In this document: piece after piece, positions 28,001-37,342 of the stretch
Layout of the letters: each line of letters starts with the position of its first letter
How positions within the stretch are numbered: the first letter of the stretch is position 1
DNA from: a virus
Length of the DNA stretch: 64,000 nucleotides
IMG/VR virus record: IMGVR_UViG_3300018080_008188
Coordinates: 70,082 to 134,081 of that record
Reading direction: 5' to 3' (one strand)
Position numbers and translations under genes: made by a program
The notes under the pieces: model-generated
What the model was told of the DNA's origin: nothing
The model's input: the letters and a program-made list of their open reading frames with translations, nothing else
Database searches by the model: none

Positions 28001-31000
28001 TTCCACGGTTACGGGCGTCGATCCTGAGATCACCGAATCGGCGTTTCTGGAATGGATCCTTGGAAGGGACCATCTGAGCCTCAAAGAGATGGAGTTGTCC
28101 GGCTCGCCGGAGCCGCCCTCGTATGCTCCGGGAAAATTCGGAAACGGCCTTTTGATTGACGGAGATAGCCAAACGGCGCAAATACCAGCCACATCTAACA
28201 TGAGGTTTGCCGAAGGCACATGGGAGGCGTTCGTAACAACAAAATGGGCCGGACTGGAAAATGACGCGGAACTGACATTTGACTTGCTGTTTGACGGATT
28301 GAGGGTGGCGGATCGCATATTTATAGGGTCCAGCAACCTCAATCCGGAAACTGTCCCGTTCACCATCGATAGATACGACTCTACAGTGCTGGGCAAACCA
28401 ACATCGCTCAGGACGACCAACGGCTTTTTCATATGGTTTGATGCGGATGCCAACAAATGGCGCATGCGCACTCGTGCGCCGATAAGCGAAAGCAGGCTGT
28501 TCACCGGAACAATAACGACCAACGGCGGATTCAACGATGTGGCGGAAGCAGTTTCGGTTGACGGATATGCTGGAGAGTCTGGCGGTGGAATAAGCGAAAT
28601 CAATGACACCCTCATATCGACTGACAGTTCGGTGAAGTTCAGCTTTGTAGTCGACGGGTACGATTTTGCGAACATGACATTCGACTCGTACGGATCGGGG
28701 GATTATGCAGGATACGACGGAATAGATTTTCTTTCCGACAAGGTGCGATACCTGTTCGACACGGGTCCGTCAACCAGCAAAAATAGGATGTCTCTGTACA
28801 AAGATGGCAAAGGTTTTCTGAAGTTTCTGGTCAGGGATGCTAACGGGCGCATAAAGTCGCTAAGCTATAATATAAAAGACTGGGAATACGGAGAAACGCA
28901 TCATGTTGCGACCTCTTGGAAAATAGGCTCTTTCGAACAGCGCGATGAAATGCACCTGTTCGTGGACGGTCAAGAGGTTCCGAACACTTACAGATTCCGC
29001 GGTTCAGTGCCGCCTCCTTCCGGCGCATTGTTCATGGACGAGGCGGGAGAGGTGCTGGAATCCTCCGTGCCACGACCAGCGATGGGCGGATACGACATGA
29101 AGACGACGCAAGGGTCCAATGTCGTTACATTGCTGTCCCACGATCTTGTGACGGAAGGGGCGCAAGTCGGCGACCGCGTGGTTATACTGGACGACACGGA
29201 CGACGGGCTGGCCACGCGCACAGCGCCGTATGTATATGTCCTGAGCGTTGATGGAGAGCATGCCCTTAAGCTGGAGCGTGGTCCGGCAGGATCAGGAGTG
29301 CCGTACAATGCGCAGTCGACGCTTGACGATGTACAGTATTCGGTAAACCAGCTGACGCTCAAGACGAGCGCGGATCCGCAGAATGAAAAGGTGCGCGTGT
29401 TTTCCGTCAGGGCGACCGATGAAGTTGAACTGTTCGGTCCGGACACCACATATCCCGATTATTCGTTCGAGCGCGACGGCTACGAAGATTATGCGGTCGT
29501 CAACAACGGAGCGCCGGTGGGAACAAGCCTTGTGCTAAGAACATACGGTCTGACGCAGCAGGGATGTAGGCAGCTGGTATACATTTGGCCAAACAAGCAG
29601 ACGAACCTCATGAGAACAATAATGCCGCAGCCGACCGCCGTGTCCAAGATATTTGTGACGCAGCTGATAGCGCAGTCCACAAATGTGGAAAGCGGAATTT
29701 TTGCTGTTGTGGCAACAGTCGTTGGCGGTCATATGATACAGCTGCTGGTATCGAACCTGAATTTTTGCCAGCCGTCCAACACGACACATGGGAGAAGACT
29801 GACCGCAACCATCAACGGCGACAATTTCGACTTCTCTGGAGTGAACCAGCTACTGATTAACGGCACGACATACGATGGGTCCGGCACGGAGACACTTTCC
29901 TTCACCAAAACCGGCAGCATGACAACTTCAAAGTATTTCACCAGTATAAGCGGTGTCGTCGCCAGTTTCACATCTACGGATATTACAAGACCCGCAGGAT
30001 ATGTCGAAATGAGGGAGACCGTTCCGATAACGGAATCGGAAAACGGTGGAGACGCCGCCCTTGTCAGGCTGTCGGTGGAAGAGCAGTCTGGGCTAAACGG
30101 AACAGCCTCGGCTGGGCAGCATACATTGTATGACGGATATGCCAGGTTCGGTTCAAGCGACATCGGAAAAACGATAATAGTTTCGTCTCCGCCAGGAGCT
30201 GCCGGCGTATACACGATTTCCAACGTGGCGCTTGACCCGTCCGGAGCAGTAAGGGATTCCAGCACGGTGACGCTGTCCGGAACAGGGCTTCCATGGTCGT
30301 CCTCATACACCAGCATGGCGTGGACGATGTTAAATACATCGTTTGCCGATTCAGGCTTCGCAAACGGCCTGCTTACATTTGAGATAGAAAACTCCGGAGG
30401 CTCACCGTATCTTCTCACCAGGTGCTGGTACGAAGTCGAATTTCCAGCTTTTCTTGTGGTGCCGTGGGATTCTACGCCCGAAACACTGTTTGTTGGCTCT
30501 GACAACTCCGGAAACAACCAGGCAGGCGCAGTGATCGACGAAATGCGCATTCTCAGCGAAGCTTCCGACGACACCGGAAACGGCGAAACAACTCCGAGTT
30601 CTGGAAGGTCGATAACCACAGACGCTTTAGCAGTCAGAGAATATTCAACTACGAACCAAGCGCTTGGGCTGTTTCACTTCAACAACAGCGCAGAGAACGA
30701 AGCCAGCTTTCTGTCGTCTTTTTCGCAGGATGTGTTTCAGAGCGAAAACAGCGTCAATTCGCAATTCGGCCAGTCTGCCGTCTTCAATCGCGCAAACGGA
30801 CATTTGTCTCTGGACAACCAAGGAATATTCCAAAACAACGCAGGGACCGTAGAGTTTTGGATAAGCCCGCTCATGGACACCTATAACGACCCGACAAGAC
30901 GCTATTATGTGGACCTGTCCCCAGAACGCGTCGCCAGCGCAACAGCCCTGTCGCCCTTGGTAGTTCTTCTTCCGTTCAGGGTGCGGAGCGTCAGCGCCGT

Positions 31001-31871
31001 CACCATATCAGGGTCGGCTACAAACTATTTCACGGGAGGGTCACTGTCGTCTGACGGATTACAGATAATTTTGGGTCAGCCGCTTCCGGCGAACACCAGC
31101 ACGGTTTTGGCAACAGTCGTTCCGATAACCAGCCAAGGCGACAGGTTCAGCATATTGAAAGACGAGAATGGAATCCTGAAGCTTTCCGTGTCGGCAAGCG
31201 AAACGGATTATCAGATTTCCGCTCCGGTATATTGGAAAAGAAACACATGGCACCGGGTGTTGGCAGGATGGGACCTCAACAATGAGGATGACCAGGACCG
31301 TCTTGTGCTCATGGTGGACGGATCGGAAAGGGGAATAATCCGATATGGAACCGGTCTCAGGTACGGAGAGGGACATTTGTATGGCATGCCGACGGTGTTC
31401 GGAAGCGCCGACGCCGGATCGACAGCGTCCAGGAACATTCTCGCCGACATCAACTTGCTGGACTTCTTCAGCACCGTCAACATAGGCGGAGACTTTACGG
31501 GGCAGTACCCGGCAGTTGCGCGCATGGACAATATGCGATTCTCTAACTCTTTGCGTTCCATACAGTATCTTGGCGGAGACGGACCAGGAAAACTGATAGG
31601 ACAGGATTTGCTGTACACAAGCAATACGAACACCGCTTTTCCCGTAATCGAGGATGCCCTAACCACGCTTCTTCTGGACTTCGACAGTGACCAGTCGTCT
31701 GTTAGCACGGCAGAAGTCCGGGACGATGCCACGGGCATCTTCGATTTCTATGTGAACATCATAGACTCTTTCGGCCGCATTCCTAACACGGTTGCGGAAA
31801 ACATAATAGAAACGCTGATAAAGCGACTCAAGCCCGCTCACACGCGCGCTTTCGTCGATTTCGAGGATTGA
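25017..31871 (+). CDS. Giant baseplate wedge (P2 gpI-like) protein with Ig-like and LamG/concanavalin-like domains (2284 aa)
   Basis: RETYR...KGPTIPAIK motif and terminal IKRLKPAHT; LamG motifs GKFGNGL, HHVATSW..LFVDG, IDEMRI, GTVEFWI, WHRV..W..LMVDG, MDNMRFS. Confidence 0.65.
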   Translation: MANLRVLGLEVVSNTTIHITFTADLASELGTANVSVEASGSNESDPAVKSVSASGSTLIVTMRPLYPIKQYKITLQSSTDQPFAGASGERLVEDGRTNVLYFIGYEGDNEVRDAIMDSVSGGLYKTDGSLIRDSIRPGADALLRSRHDAGEVRSSRFITVTAEDESHERGSGPTDRLGNEGAFQLLRVGSSATGATSRKTIEFDQFPSDPVSLQQKEAVEEEVSNTSNESNSFTGLLITLANGPVIKLSSLTLVRGANEYEYDIEAYRYGLYNSGYDTDNAYSALDINENQVRLSSSAVGPGFPLPQGSDTIVATYLYKRTGRIVDSDTVVVTSVVPVTRDSVPAVATTFFLEHAPVVDSSGATATSGGVTWLDPSKNFDPMQKHPAFVSEVPFNESSLPSAPGEWAVEYGTGRVVVAGVNGTGTDGTTTVPPVSSYDYLKTFEEGLDYNLFPDLNEIASVSGRNLDQSEHASEISFEYEDTFANGTDFSFSSHVEVLNERIESRAIGEVGLKTLYGPVTNVFRIFNETTGEVYSVSRISGNQVYFSSSTPPALIGVSREAVQFESVSQAQIVVTDTINIIGQTFDVFKVELPNDRIVSATGDSIGASFNTSLSFSDQDVFARELYYDPGDSVSDNLLRLQQDGDYMVDYDGGIAYVAVPAFYGTDIGDASYKRAAAYAGHAHVTSVSNIYRSPSQTASNVKTFALGEIGDRTVEMPDLESAEEGSLQVMSSSGSLYIEPSYDPIIVRHIFQAANLRLSAEPVDFASGASIGSDGSVTLDADGVEVIEPGLEIKDGGARMFVEVKRLSTIASGSVQLAFLYNDASDALFLSKNYAVYDSTADYMAMGSDGYVDSASNRIVLPSGVGSGAAGMSVTARYRAKLVAGATVTANYTPGNIFIDYTYLRDEILVSYEYGDNSLDWSISDALSEGETYFVTYKYGAMRDSLRDNFGVLTGVDELSTIPSSVDRETYRNMTRGALQSFLKGPTIPAIKEIVSTVTGVDPEITESAFLEWILGRDHLSLKEMELSGSPEPPSYAPGKFGNGLLIDGDSQTAQIPATSNMRFAEGTWEAFVTTKWAGLENDAELTFDLLFDGLRVADRIFIGSSNLNPETVPFTIDRYDSTVLGKPTSLRTTNGFFIWFDADANKWRMRTRAPISESRLFTGTITTNGGFNDVAEAVSVDGYAGESGGGISEINDTLISTDSSVKFSFVVDGYDFANMTFDSYGSGDYAGYDGIDFLSDKVRYLFDTGPSTSKNRMSLYKDGKGFLKFLVRDANGRIKSLSYNIKDWEYGETHHVATSWKIGSFEQRDEMHLFVDGQEVPNTYRFRGSVPPPSGALFMDEAGEVLESSVPRPAMGGYDMKTTQGSNVVTLLSHDLVTEGAQVGDRVVILDDTDDGLATRTAPYVYVLSVDGEHALKLERGPAGSGVPYNAQSTLDDVQYSVNQLTLKTSADPQNEKVRVFSVRATDEVELFGPDTTYPDYSFERDGYEDYAVVNNGAPVGTSLVLRTYGLTQQGCRQLVYIWPNKQTNLMRTIMPQPTAVSKIFVTQLIAQSTNVESGIFAVVATVVGGHMIQLLVSNLNFCQPSNTTHGRRLTATINGDNFDFSGVNQLLINGTTYDGSGTETLSFTKTGSMTTSKYFTSISGVVASFTSTDITRPAGYVEMRETVPITESENGGDAALVRLSVEEQSGLNGTASAGQHTLYDGYARFGSSDIGKTIIVSSPPGAAGVYTISNVALDPSGAVRDSSTVTLSGTGLPWSSSYTSMAWTMLNTSFADSGFANGLLTFEIENSGGSPYLLTRCWYEVEFPAFLVVPWDSTPETLFVGSDNSGNNQAGAVIDEMRILSEASDDTGNGETTPSSGRSITTDALAVREYSTTNQALGLFHFNNSAENEASFLSSFSQDVFQSENSVNSQFGQSAVFNRANGHLSLDNQGIFQNNAGTVEFWISPLMDTYNDPTRRYYVDLSPERVASATALSPLVVLLPFRVRSVSAVTISGSATNYFTGGSLSSDGLQIILGQPLPANTSTVLATVVPITSQGDRFSILKDENGILKLSVSASETDYQISAPVYWKRNTWHRVLAGWDLNNEDDQDRLVLMVDGSERGIIRYGTGLRYGEGHLYGMPTVFGSADAGSTASRNILADINLLDFFSTVNIGGDFTGQYPAVARMDNMRFSNSLRSIQYLGGDGPGKLIGQDLLYTSNTNTAFPVIEDALTTLLLDFDSDQSSVSTAEVRDDATGIFDFYVNIIDSFGRIPNTVAENIIETLIKRLKPAHTRAFVDFED

Positions 31872-31894
31872 TATATCCAGCGGAGGAATTCCCG

Positions 31895-34714
31895 ATGAAC
31901 CAAAGGCTGTCTGTAGGACTAAAAAAAGTTAATTATTTCGACGGAATGAAGGTAACGCTAGATACTGTGTCCGACGAGCAATCACGCCATACGGGCATCG
32001 ACGCTGCGACCGTGGCAAATTTCATGGGCAGCGGAGTCGTAGAGCATGCGGCCGATCCGCTTGTAATCTTCGATACGCAAAGCCTCAATTCGACGCAGCA
32101 GGGAATGGCGGACGGCTACAGTTTCGACGGCCAAAATGTTTATGTTGGAAGCCCGCTTGTTTCCGTCAGCGATGCCGTCAAAGGCGTACAGCTGGCCGTT
32201 GTAATGACGGGTCTTGAGCTGGACGGTGCGGAAAAATCCAAGGTGGCTATAATAGGCGACAGCTTTGACGATTCGCTTATCCATGACGATCTCACCTTCC
32301 ATGAAAACGGCACTCAAATCACGCGCGGCAGGTATAAAAGCATCAGGGCGATTCTGTTCAACGACTTCGCAGGCAACCTGTTCGGAAGCAGGTTGCCAGC
32401 CGTTTCCGACGGATACGAATTCATAGGGCGATGCATCATTCGCGAAGCCAAAGCGTTGGAAGTGTCCACGGATACGCTGATGGCATACCAAAATGCGCAG
32501 CCGGACCAGTTCTTCAGCAGCTTTACGCCCTCCGCAGCCACCACCACGCTCAATGGAATGCTACAGGATGCCATAGGAGCTGACAAGTCCCTGTCCGACT
32601 TGGGCATAGGCTTTTCTTCAGTTAGTCAGAGAGAGTTAGTTGCCAGCGATGTGACAACCAGGATAGGGCAGAAATTTCAGGCTGACGGCACAAACATACA
32701 GAAGATTTCTGTTCTCCTGTCAGTCAAGAGAGATGCTACGGCATTGGCCGGTCACGAGTACGATTGGTCGGGACAGATTGTTCTGAGCCTACATGCCCTA
32801 CAGGCGCAAGTGGCTTGCCCGGTGGAGCCTGTTCCTGACAATCTTGAGGATTTCGACCCTGAACCGGCGGTGCTTTCGCAGTTGACGCTGGACCGCGGCA
32901 TGTTGGAAAAACAAGGTGTAGTTCTGGATGGATATGCACAGAAGGTGGATTTCGTGCTCACTGGGTCTACGATATCCGACCCTCAGAACACAACTCTGGC
33001 AAAAGATGCGCATTATGTTTTAACCGTCGGAAGGTCGGGCAATGCCACAACTGGAACGCTTCTTGTGGAAGAGGCGACTCATACTGCCCCGACGGGATAC
33101 ATGGTTGTATTTGACGGCGAATCATGGACAAATGTTGTGGAAAGCGACATGTGGTACGAAATACACGGAGACTATGCCAAGGTGTCCGACGGCATTTCAT
33201 ACCAGGACGGCGTGGGGACGGAAGTCCCGCGCCTTGACACCGACAGCGAGGGGGATGAAACTACATATGTGAAAGGCTACATTCCCTTGTACTCGTCCAG
33301 CAGGTCTGCAGCCAATTTCGTGCTGGTGGAAACGACCTCGGACTACAGCGACCCGCTCCAGGACCCGCGTACCGGCAACAATGTTTCTTCGCGGGTCAAA
33401 CCGGACCCTAACATATCCATTGTGGGAAGCTCTAGCATTTCCGGACTTGTGGCACTCAGCAAGACGCCAGTGGTGCTTGCTAATATGGAGGATGGCAATC
33501 CGCGCGGGAACCCTTCTTCAATTTCCGGAGAATCAGATCTTCCAGGTCTTGTTTACGGCAACAAAATCGACATTATCGACCCCGATGCCGACCTGAGGAA
33601 CCATAATCTTGTGGGCTCCATATTACAGCCAAACATTGCTACGAGCGGAACATATCGAATTATAAAACAGACGCTGTATGCGGACAGCTACGGAGATGTA
33701 AACGGGGATGGCAGCATAACAACGAACGATTTCCAAATCGTAAATTCCTGGCTGCCAGGCGGATACGACCTGTCAAACGCCGCGGACCAGCAAAAGATAA
33801 TGGACGGATATGTTTCCATTGAGCAGGTTCTTAGGGCGGATGTCAACGGAGACGGAAAAGTGGACGCTACGGACGCTGCGCTTATCCAGGCCTATATCGA
33901 CGGCACAATCAGCACGTTTCCGGCAGGAGGGGGGTTCTCCAGGATGAGGTTGGAAGTGGAAGAACTCACGGACCCGCTGGCATCCGATGCGGACATTCCC
34001 AACGACGATTCTGTGTTCGACACATCGCCTTTCTCGTCGGTACCTTTCGAAATCGAATATTTCGCAACATGGATTCCGGACAGGATCTCCATCTGCGACA
34101 TGAGAAGGCTTCTGCCGACAACATTCACTTCCGCTCCCAGCTCGACAGCGTCCGATTGTGACGGTGGAGAAAATGATTTCTTCGTGCCCAACGATCTTAT
34201 GATAGGCGACGGGCAAATTCTGAACGCCGATGGAACACACCATTCCGTGGATTTTGAGGTTGCGCATTTGACAATGATTATACCGGTGACAGATTCTTTG
34301 GGCGCGCCAACATTCATCGACGGATATATGGGAGTCAACTTGTTCAGCACATTTGTTGCGGAATCTGCGGACGGTCAGACAGCCGAAGGGTTTGGCGCTA
34401 TGAAATACGCTGACGGAACATATGTCCAGATATCAGACTTCTCTCTTGGAAAAGTGAAAATTTCAGCAGCTTTACAGTCGCACTCAAACACCTACGGCTC
34501 AAGCCCCATAGACGACATTGTCGGAGTCAACTATGATGCCGCAACCGGTTTGCTCACTTTGTGGATGAAATTTCTGTACGACGACGGGAGCGGAAACATA
34601 CCAGCTGCCCTGAGCACCAAAGTGCTGGTGACTGTATTTCTGAAAAAGGCCGGCTTTGCCAACCAACCGCAAACCATTACAGCAGGACAGGTGAGGACTC
34701 TTTTTGGCGTCTAA
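31895..34714 (+). CDS. Tail fibre/appendage-like protein containing a dockerin-type double Ca-binding repeat
   Basis: ATG 31895 with GGAGG; N-terminal VNYFDGMKVT..TVSDEQ resembles baseplate-attachment motifs; GDVNGDGSITTND and ADVNGDGKVDATDAALIQAYIDGTISTFP. Confidence 0.6.
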   Translation: MNQRLSVGLKKVNYFDGMKVTLDTVSDEQSRHTGIDAATVANFMGSGVVEHAADPLVIFDTQSLNSTQQGMADGYSFDGQNVYVGSPLVSVSDAVKGVQLAVVMTGLELDGAEKSKVAIIGDSFDDSLIHDDLTFHENGTQITRGRYKSIRAILFNDFAGNLFGSRLPAVSDGYEFIGRCIIREAKALEVSTDTLMAYQNAQPDQFFSSFTPSAATTTLNGMLQDAIGADKSLSDLGIGFSSVSQRELVASDVTTRIGQKFQADGTNIQKISVLLSVKRDATALAGHEYDWSGQIVLSLHALQAQVACPVEPVPDNLEDFDPEPAVLSQLTLDRGMLEKQGVVLDGYAQKVDFVLTGSTISDPQNTTLAKDAHYVLTVGRSGNATTGTLLVEEATHTAPTGYMVVFDGESWTNVVESDMWYEIHGDYAKVSDGISYQDGVGTEVPRLDTDSEGDETTYVKGYIPLYSSSRSAANFVLVETTSDYSDPLQDPRTGNNVSSRVKPDPNISIVGSSSISGLVALSKTPVVLANMEDGNPRGNPSSISGESDLPGLVYGNKIDIIDPDADLRNHNLVGSILQPNIATSGTYRIIKQTLYADSYGDVNGDGSITTNDFQIVNSWLPGGYDLSNAADQQKIMDGYVSIEQVLRADVNGDGKVDATDAALIQAYIDGTISTFPAGGGFSRMRLEVEELTDPLASDADIPNDDSVFDTSPFSSVPFEIEYFATWIPDRISICDMRRLLPTTFTSAPSSTASDCDGGENDFFVPNDLMIGDGQILNADGTHHSVDFEVAHLTMIIPVTDSLGAPTFIDGYMGVNLFSTFVAESADGQTAEGFGAMKYADGTYVQISDFSLGKVKISAALQSHSNTYGSSPIDDIVGVNYDAATGLLTLWMKFLYDDGSGNIPAALSTKVLVTVFLKKAGFANQPQTITAGQVRTLFGV

Positions 34715-34742
34715 TTATATGAAAAATTTAAATAAATAGACC

Positions 34743-34776
34743 AAAAGGGACCGAGACAATCGGTCCCTTTTTTCTT
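34743..34776 (+). terminator. Rho-independent terminator ending the tail operon
   Basis: AAAAGGGACCGA-GACAA-TCGGTCCCTTTT followed by a further T run. Confidence 0.85.
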
Positions 34777-34784
34777 TACAAAAT

Positions 34785-34803
34785 CTATCAATATATTGCC
34801 ATT
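34785..34803 (+). promoter_or_regulatory. Third copy of the CTATCAATA motif, upstream of the glycan cluster
   Basis: CTATCAATATATTGCCATT immediately after the terminator and about 40 nt before ATG 34841. Confidence 0.5.
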
Positions 34804-34840
34804 GGATAGAAGTAATCGTTTTATTTACGGGGAGCATCGC

Positions 34841-35008
34841 ATGACAGGAGAAAAAAAAGAACGCCGTCAGATCAACATTCGACTTGAGCGAGAACTACAT
34901 GATTTTCTTGTACAATACGCTCAAGACAACTACAAGACGGTCACGGCAGTTGTCCGCGAAATGATCGCAACGCTTTACAAACAGCAGCGGAAACGAGACG
35001 AAGAGTAG
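34841..35008 (+). CDS. Ribbon-helix-helix (Arc/CopG-like) DNA-binding protein
   Basis: ATG 34841 with GGAG; RRQINIRLERELHDFLVQYAQDNYKTVTAVVREMI. Confidence 0.75.
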   Translation: MTGEKKERRQINIRLERELHDFLVQYAQDNYKTVTAVVREMIATLYKQQRKRDEE

Positions 35009-35047
35009 TTTTCGAATCATCCAATCTTCTATAAAAGGATCAAAGAC

Positions 35048-37336
35048 ATGAAGATAAGATGGCATGGAATGCTCGGAACAAATCATTCTTGGGCATTTGT
35101 ATCTCAGGCCCTTGCAAGGGCGCAGGCGGACATGGGGCATGAAGTGTTCATGAAGTCCACGAACAGCCTGAAACACTTTCCAGAAGACCTGAAGCGGCAC
35201 CTGCTTGTGGGGCACCACTGCCACCCTAAAGAGCAGAATGCGTCCAGCAACGCAACATACCTGGACGAGCACGGCAACATCCGCAAGGAGAAGTTTCCGC
35301 ACCAAGGGGGACCGCCGGATCCGCAGGACATTAACAGGCCGTACGACCTGGAAATGGCCTATACCATCTTTCCGCAAGCGGCTCGCAGGTTTTTCCGCGA
35401 GACTCCGTGTAAAATGGTGATCTGGAATTTTGAAAGCAGCATTCTCATCCCAGGATGGCATCTGTACCATCACGCTCTCGACTACTTTCTTCCGTCGAGT
35501 CAGTTTTCTGCAGACATTTTCATCAACAATGGCGTTCCCAAAGAAAAATGCCCAGTTGTGCCGCACGGTGTATGCCTAGAGTCGTTCAATCCGGAAATTC
35601 CCCCGTTCAAACTGAAAACCGATAAGAAGTTCAAGTTCCTACATTGCGCCATACCGCATCACAGGAAACTACATGAACGCGTTTTGGCTGCATACTTGGA
35701 TGCTTTTACGGGCGACGACGATGTGTGCCTGGTGATGAAGACAAAAATCAAGGAGCCGAGTGCGGAAAAGCCTTTTGAGGTCAATGTTGGCAAAATTCTC
35801 AACAAGGCGATGAAAGGGCGCAAAAATCCTCCTGAAATAGAAATAGTCCAGACATTTGTTCCGAACATCGGATCGCTATATACTGCGTGCGACGCCATGG
35901 TGAGCATGAGTTCCACGGAGGGGTTTCATCTTCCCAGTCTTGAAAGCATGGCATGCGGTCTTGCCGTTATCGCTCCGCGCTACGGGGGTCAGCTCGAATT
36001 CCTGAATGACGATAATGCGATGCTAGTGGATTCTGGTGAAATGCTGGCGCCCGAAAGCATGCAGTATTGGCATTACGACAAAAAAGCTGTCGTTGGAGAT
36101 CCAAATGTTTGCCACTGCTCAGAGTTGATGAGAAAACTATACGAAGATCCGTCAGCCGAACGAGCCCGCACTGCAAACGCCCGCGAAAAAACTTTGAAAA
36201 AGTTTTCCTGGGAAAACGCTGCCAGTCAAGTAATGGAAATTGCCGAAGACGCAATAGCGCGCAAAAAATCAACGCTATCGACGCCTCAAAAACGAAGCGT
36301 TATGTATGTCATTCCGTATTCCATTGCCGGAGGGGCTGAGGTCTGGGTGCGCGAAACCATCAGGCGCCTCGATAGGAGCAGATACGAGCCAAGCATCGCA
36401 TGTCCGAATGGCATGTCGGAAAGCCTAAAAAAACTATTTGCGGAAGTGGATGTTCCATGCCTCGATCTTTACAAGGAAGGCCACGGTTTTGCCCTTATGG
36501 CCCTGATTGAGTCTCAAAAGCCGAACATAGTCCATTTTCACAACAGCCTACAAGTATACAATCTCCTGCTAAAAACGCTGTACGACAGCGCCTGGTCCGG
36601 AAGGATAGTTGAAACTGTCCACAGCGATCTCATGTGGAACGACTCTATGGCCAAAGTAGCGTCCAGGAAAAATGTGTCGCTGATTATAGCCGTGTCCAAC
36701 GACATGGCTCGCAAATTGGCAAAAAGGGGAAACAAGAATGTTGCGGTCCTCCCGCAGCAGGTGGACTGGGACAGGTTCAGGGTGCCGCGCAGCAGGAACA
36801 TTCTGGGGGAGGCTGGAAAGTGTTTCGAATTTGTTTTCGGCACCGTGGCAAGGCTGTCTCCGGAGAAGAACATACCCCTTGCGCTGGAATGTGCAAGAAA
36901 AACGCCGGATGCGCTTTTCGTTTTTGTAGGCGGCGGAACGCAGGAGAAGGTGCTTAGGCAGATGGCTGAGTCCGGAAAGCTGGAAAATGTCATGTTCACC
37001 GGAAGGCGAAGCGATGTGGAAAACTTCTATGCCGCCTTCGACGCCCTTCTGATCACATCGCGCATGGAAGGCATGCCTCTGGTGGCCCTAGAGGCGATGT
37101 CGGCAGGCGTGCCGGTGGTGGCTCCGAAGATCGGCGCGATTCCTGAAATAGTGTCAAGCGGCAAAAACGGCATTGTTGTTAGCAAATACGACCTGCCGAG
37201 CTTCGTCTATGCTTTGCGCAAAATAAGGGAAATGAACTGGAACGACTTGTCGGCCAAGTCGAAGATGCTTGCTGAGCGCATGGAGGACATGGGCAAAAAG
37301 GTTGACATAAATAGACTGTACGATTTGATGGGGTAA
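35048..37336 (+). CDS. Tandem double GT-B (GT4-like) glycosyltransferase
   Basis: Two GT4 signatures: STEGFHLPSLESMACG and SRMEGMPLVALEAMSAGVPVV. Confidence 0.9.
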   Translation: MKIRWHGMLGTNHSWAFVSQALARAQADMGHEVFMKSTNSLKHFPEDLKRHLLVGHHCHPKEQNASSNATYLDEHGNIRKEKFPHQGGPPDPQDINRPYDLEMAYTIFPQAARRFFRETPCKMVIWNFESSILIPGWHLYHHALDYFLPSSQFSADIFINNGVPKEKCPVVPHGVCLESFNPEIPPFKLKTDKKFKFLHCAIPHHRKLHERVLAAYLDAFTGDDDVCLVMKTKIKEPSAEKPFEVNVGKILNKAMKGRKNPPEIEIVQTFVPNIGSLYTACDAMVSMSSTEGFHLPSLESMACGLAVIAPRYGGQLEFLNDDNAMLVDSGEMLAPESMQYWHYDKKAVVGDPNVCHCSELMRKLYEDPSAERARTANAREKTLKKFSWENAASQVMEIAEDAIARKKSTLSTPQKRSVMYVIPYSIAGGAEVWVRETIRRLDRSRYEPSIACPNGMSESLKKLFAEVDVPCLDLYKEGHGFALMALIESQKPNIVHFHNSLQVYNLLLKTLYDSAWSGRIVETVHSDLMWNDSMAKVASRKNVSLIIAVSNDMARKLAKRGNKNVAVLPQQVDWDRFRVPRSRNILGEAGKCFEFVFGTVARLSPEKNIPLALECARKTPDALFVFVGGGTQEKVLRQMAESGKLENVMFTGRRSDVENFYAAFDALLITSRMEGMPLVALEAMSAGVPVVAPKIGAIPEIVSSGKNGIVVSKYDLPSFVYALRKIREMNWNDLSAKSKMLAERMEDMGKKVDINRLYDLMG

Positions 37337-37342
37337 AATCGA

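Noticed and set aside
2270-34714. Interpretation as a bacterial extracellular contractile injection system or tailocin
   Set aside because: It is flanked by HNH, tubulin, UvsW-like helicase, DnaC/DnaB, sigma and RNR genes, has a G/GT frameshift, and shows no cellular housekeeping context. A large phage is more parsimonious even though head genes are outside the window.
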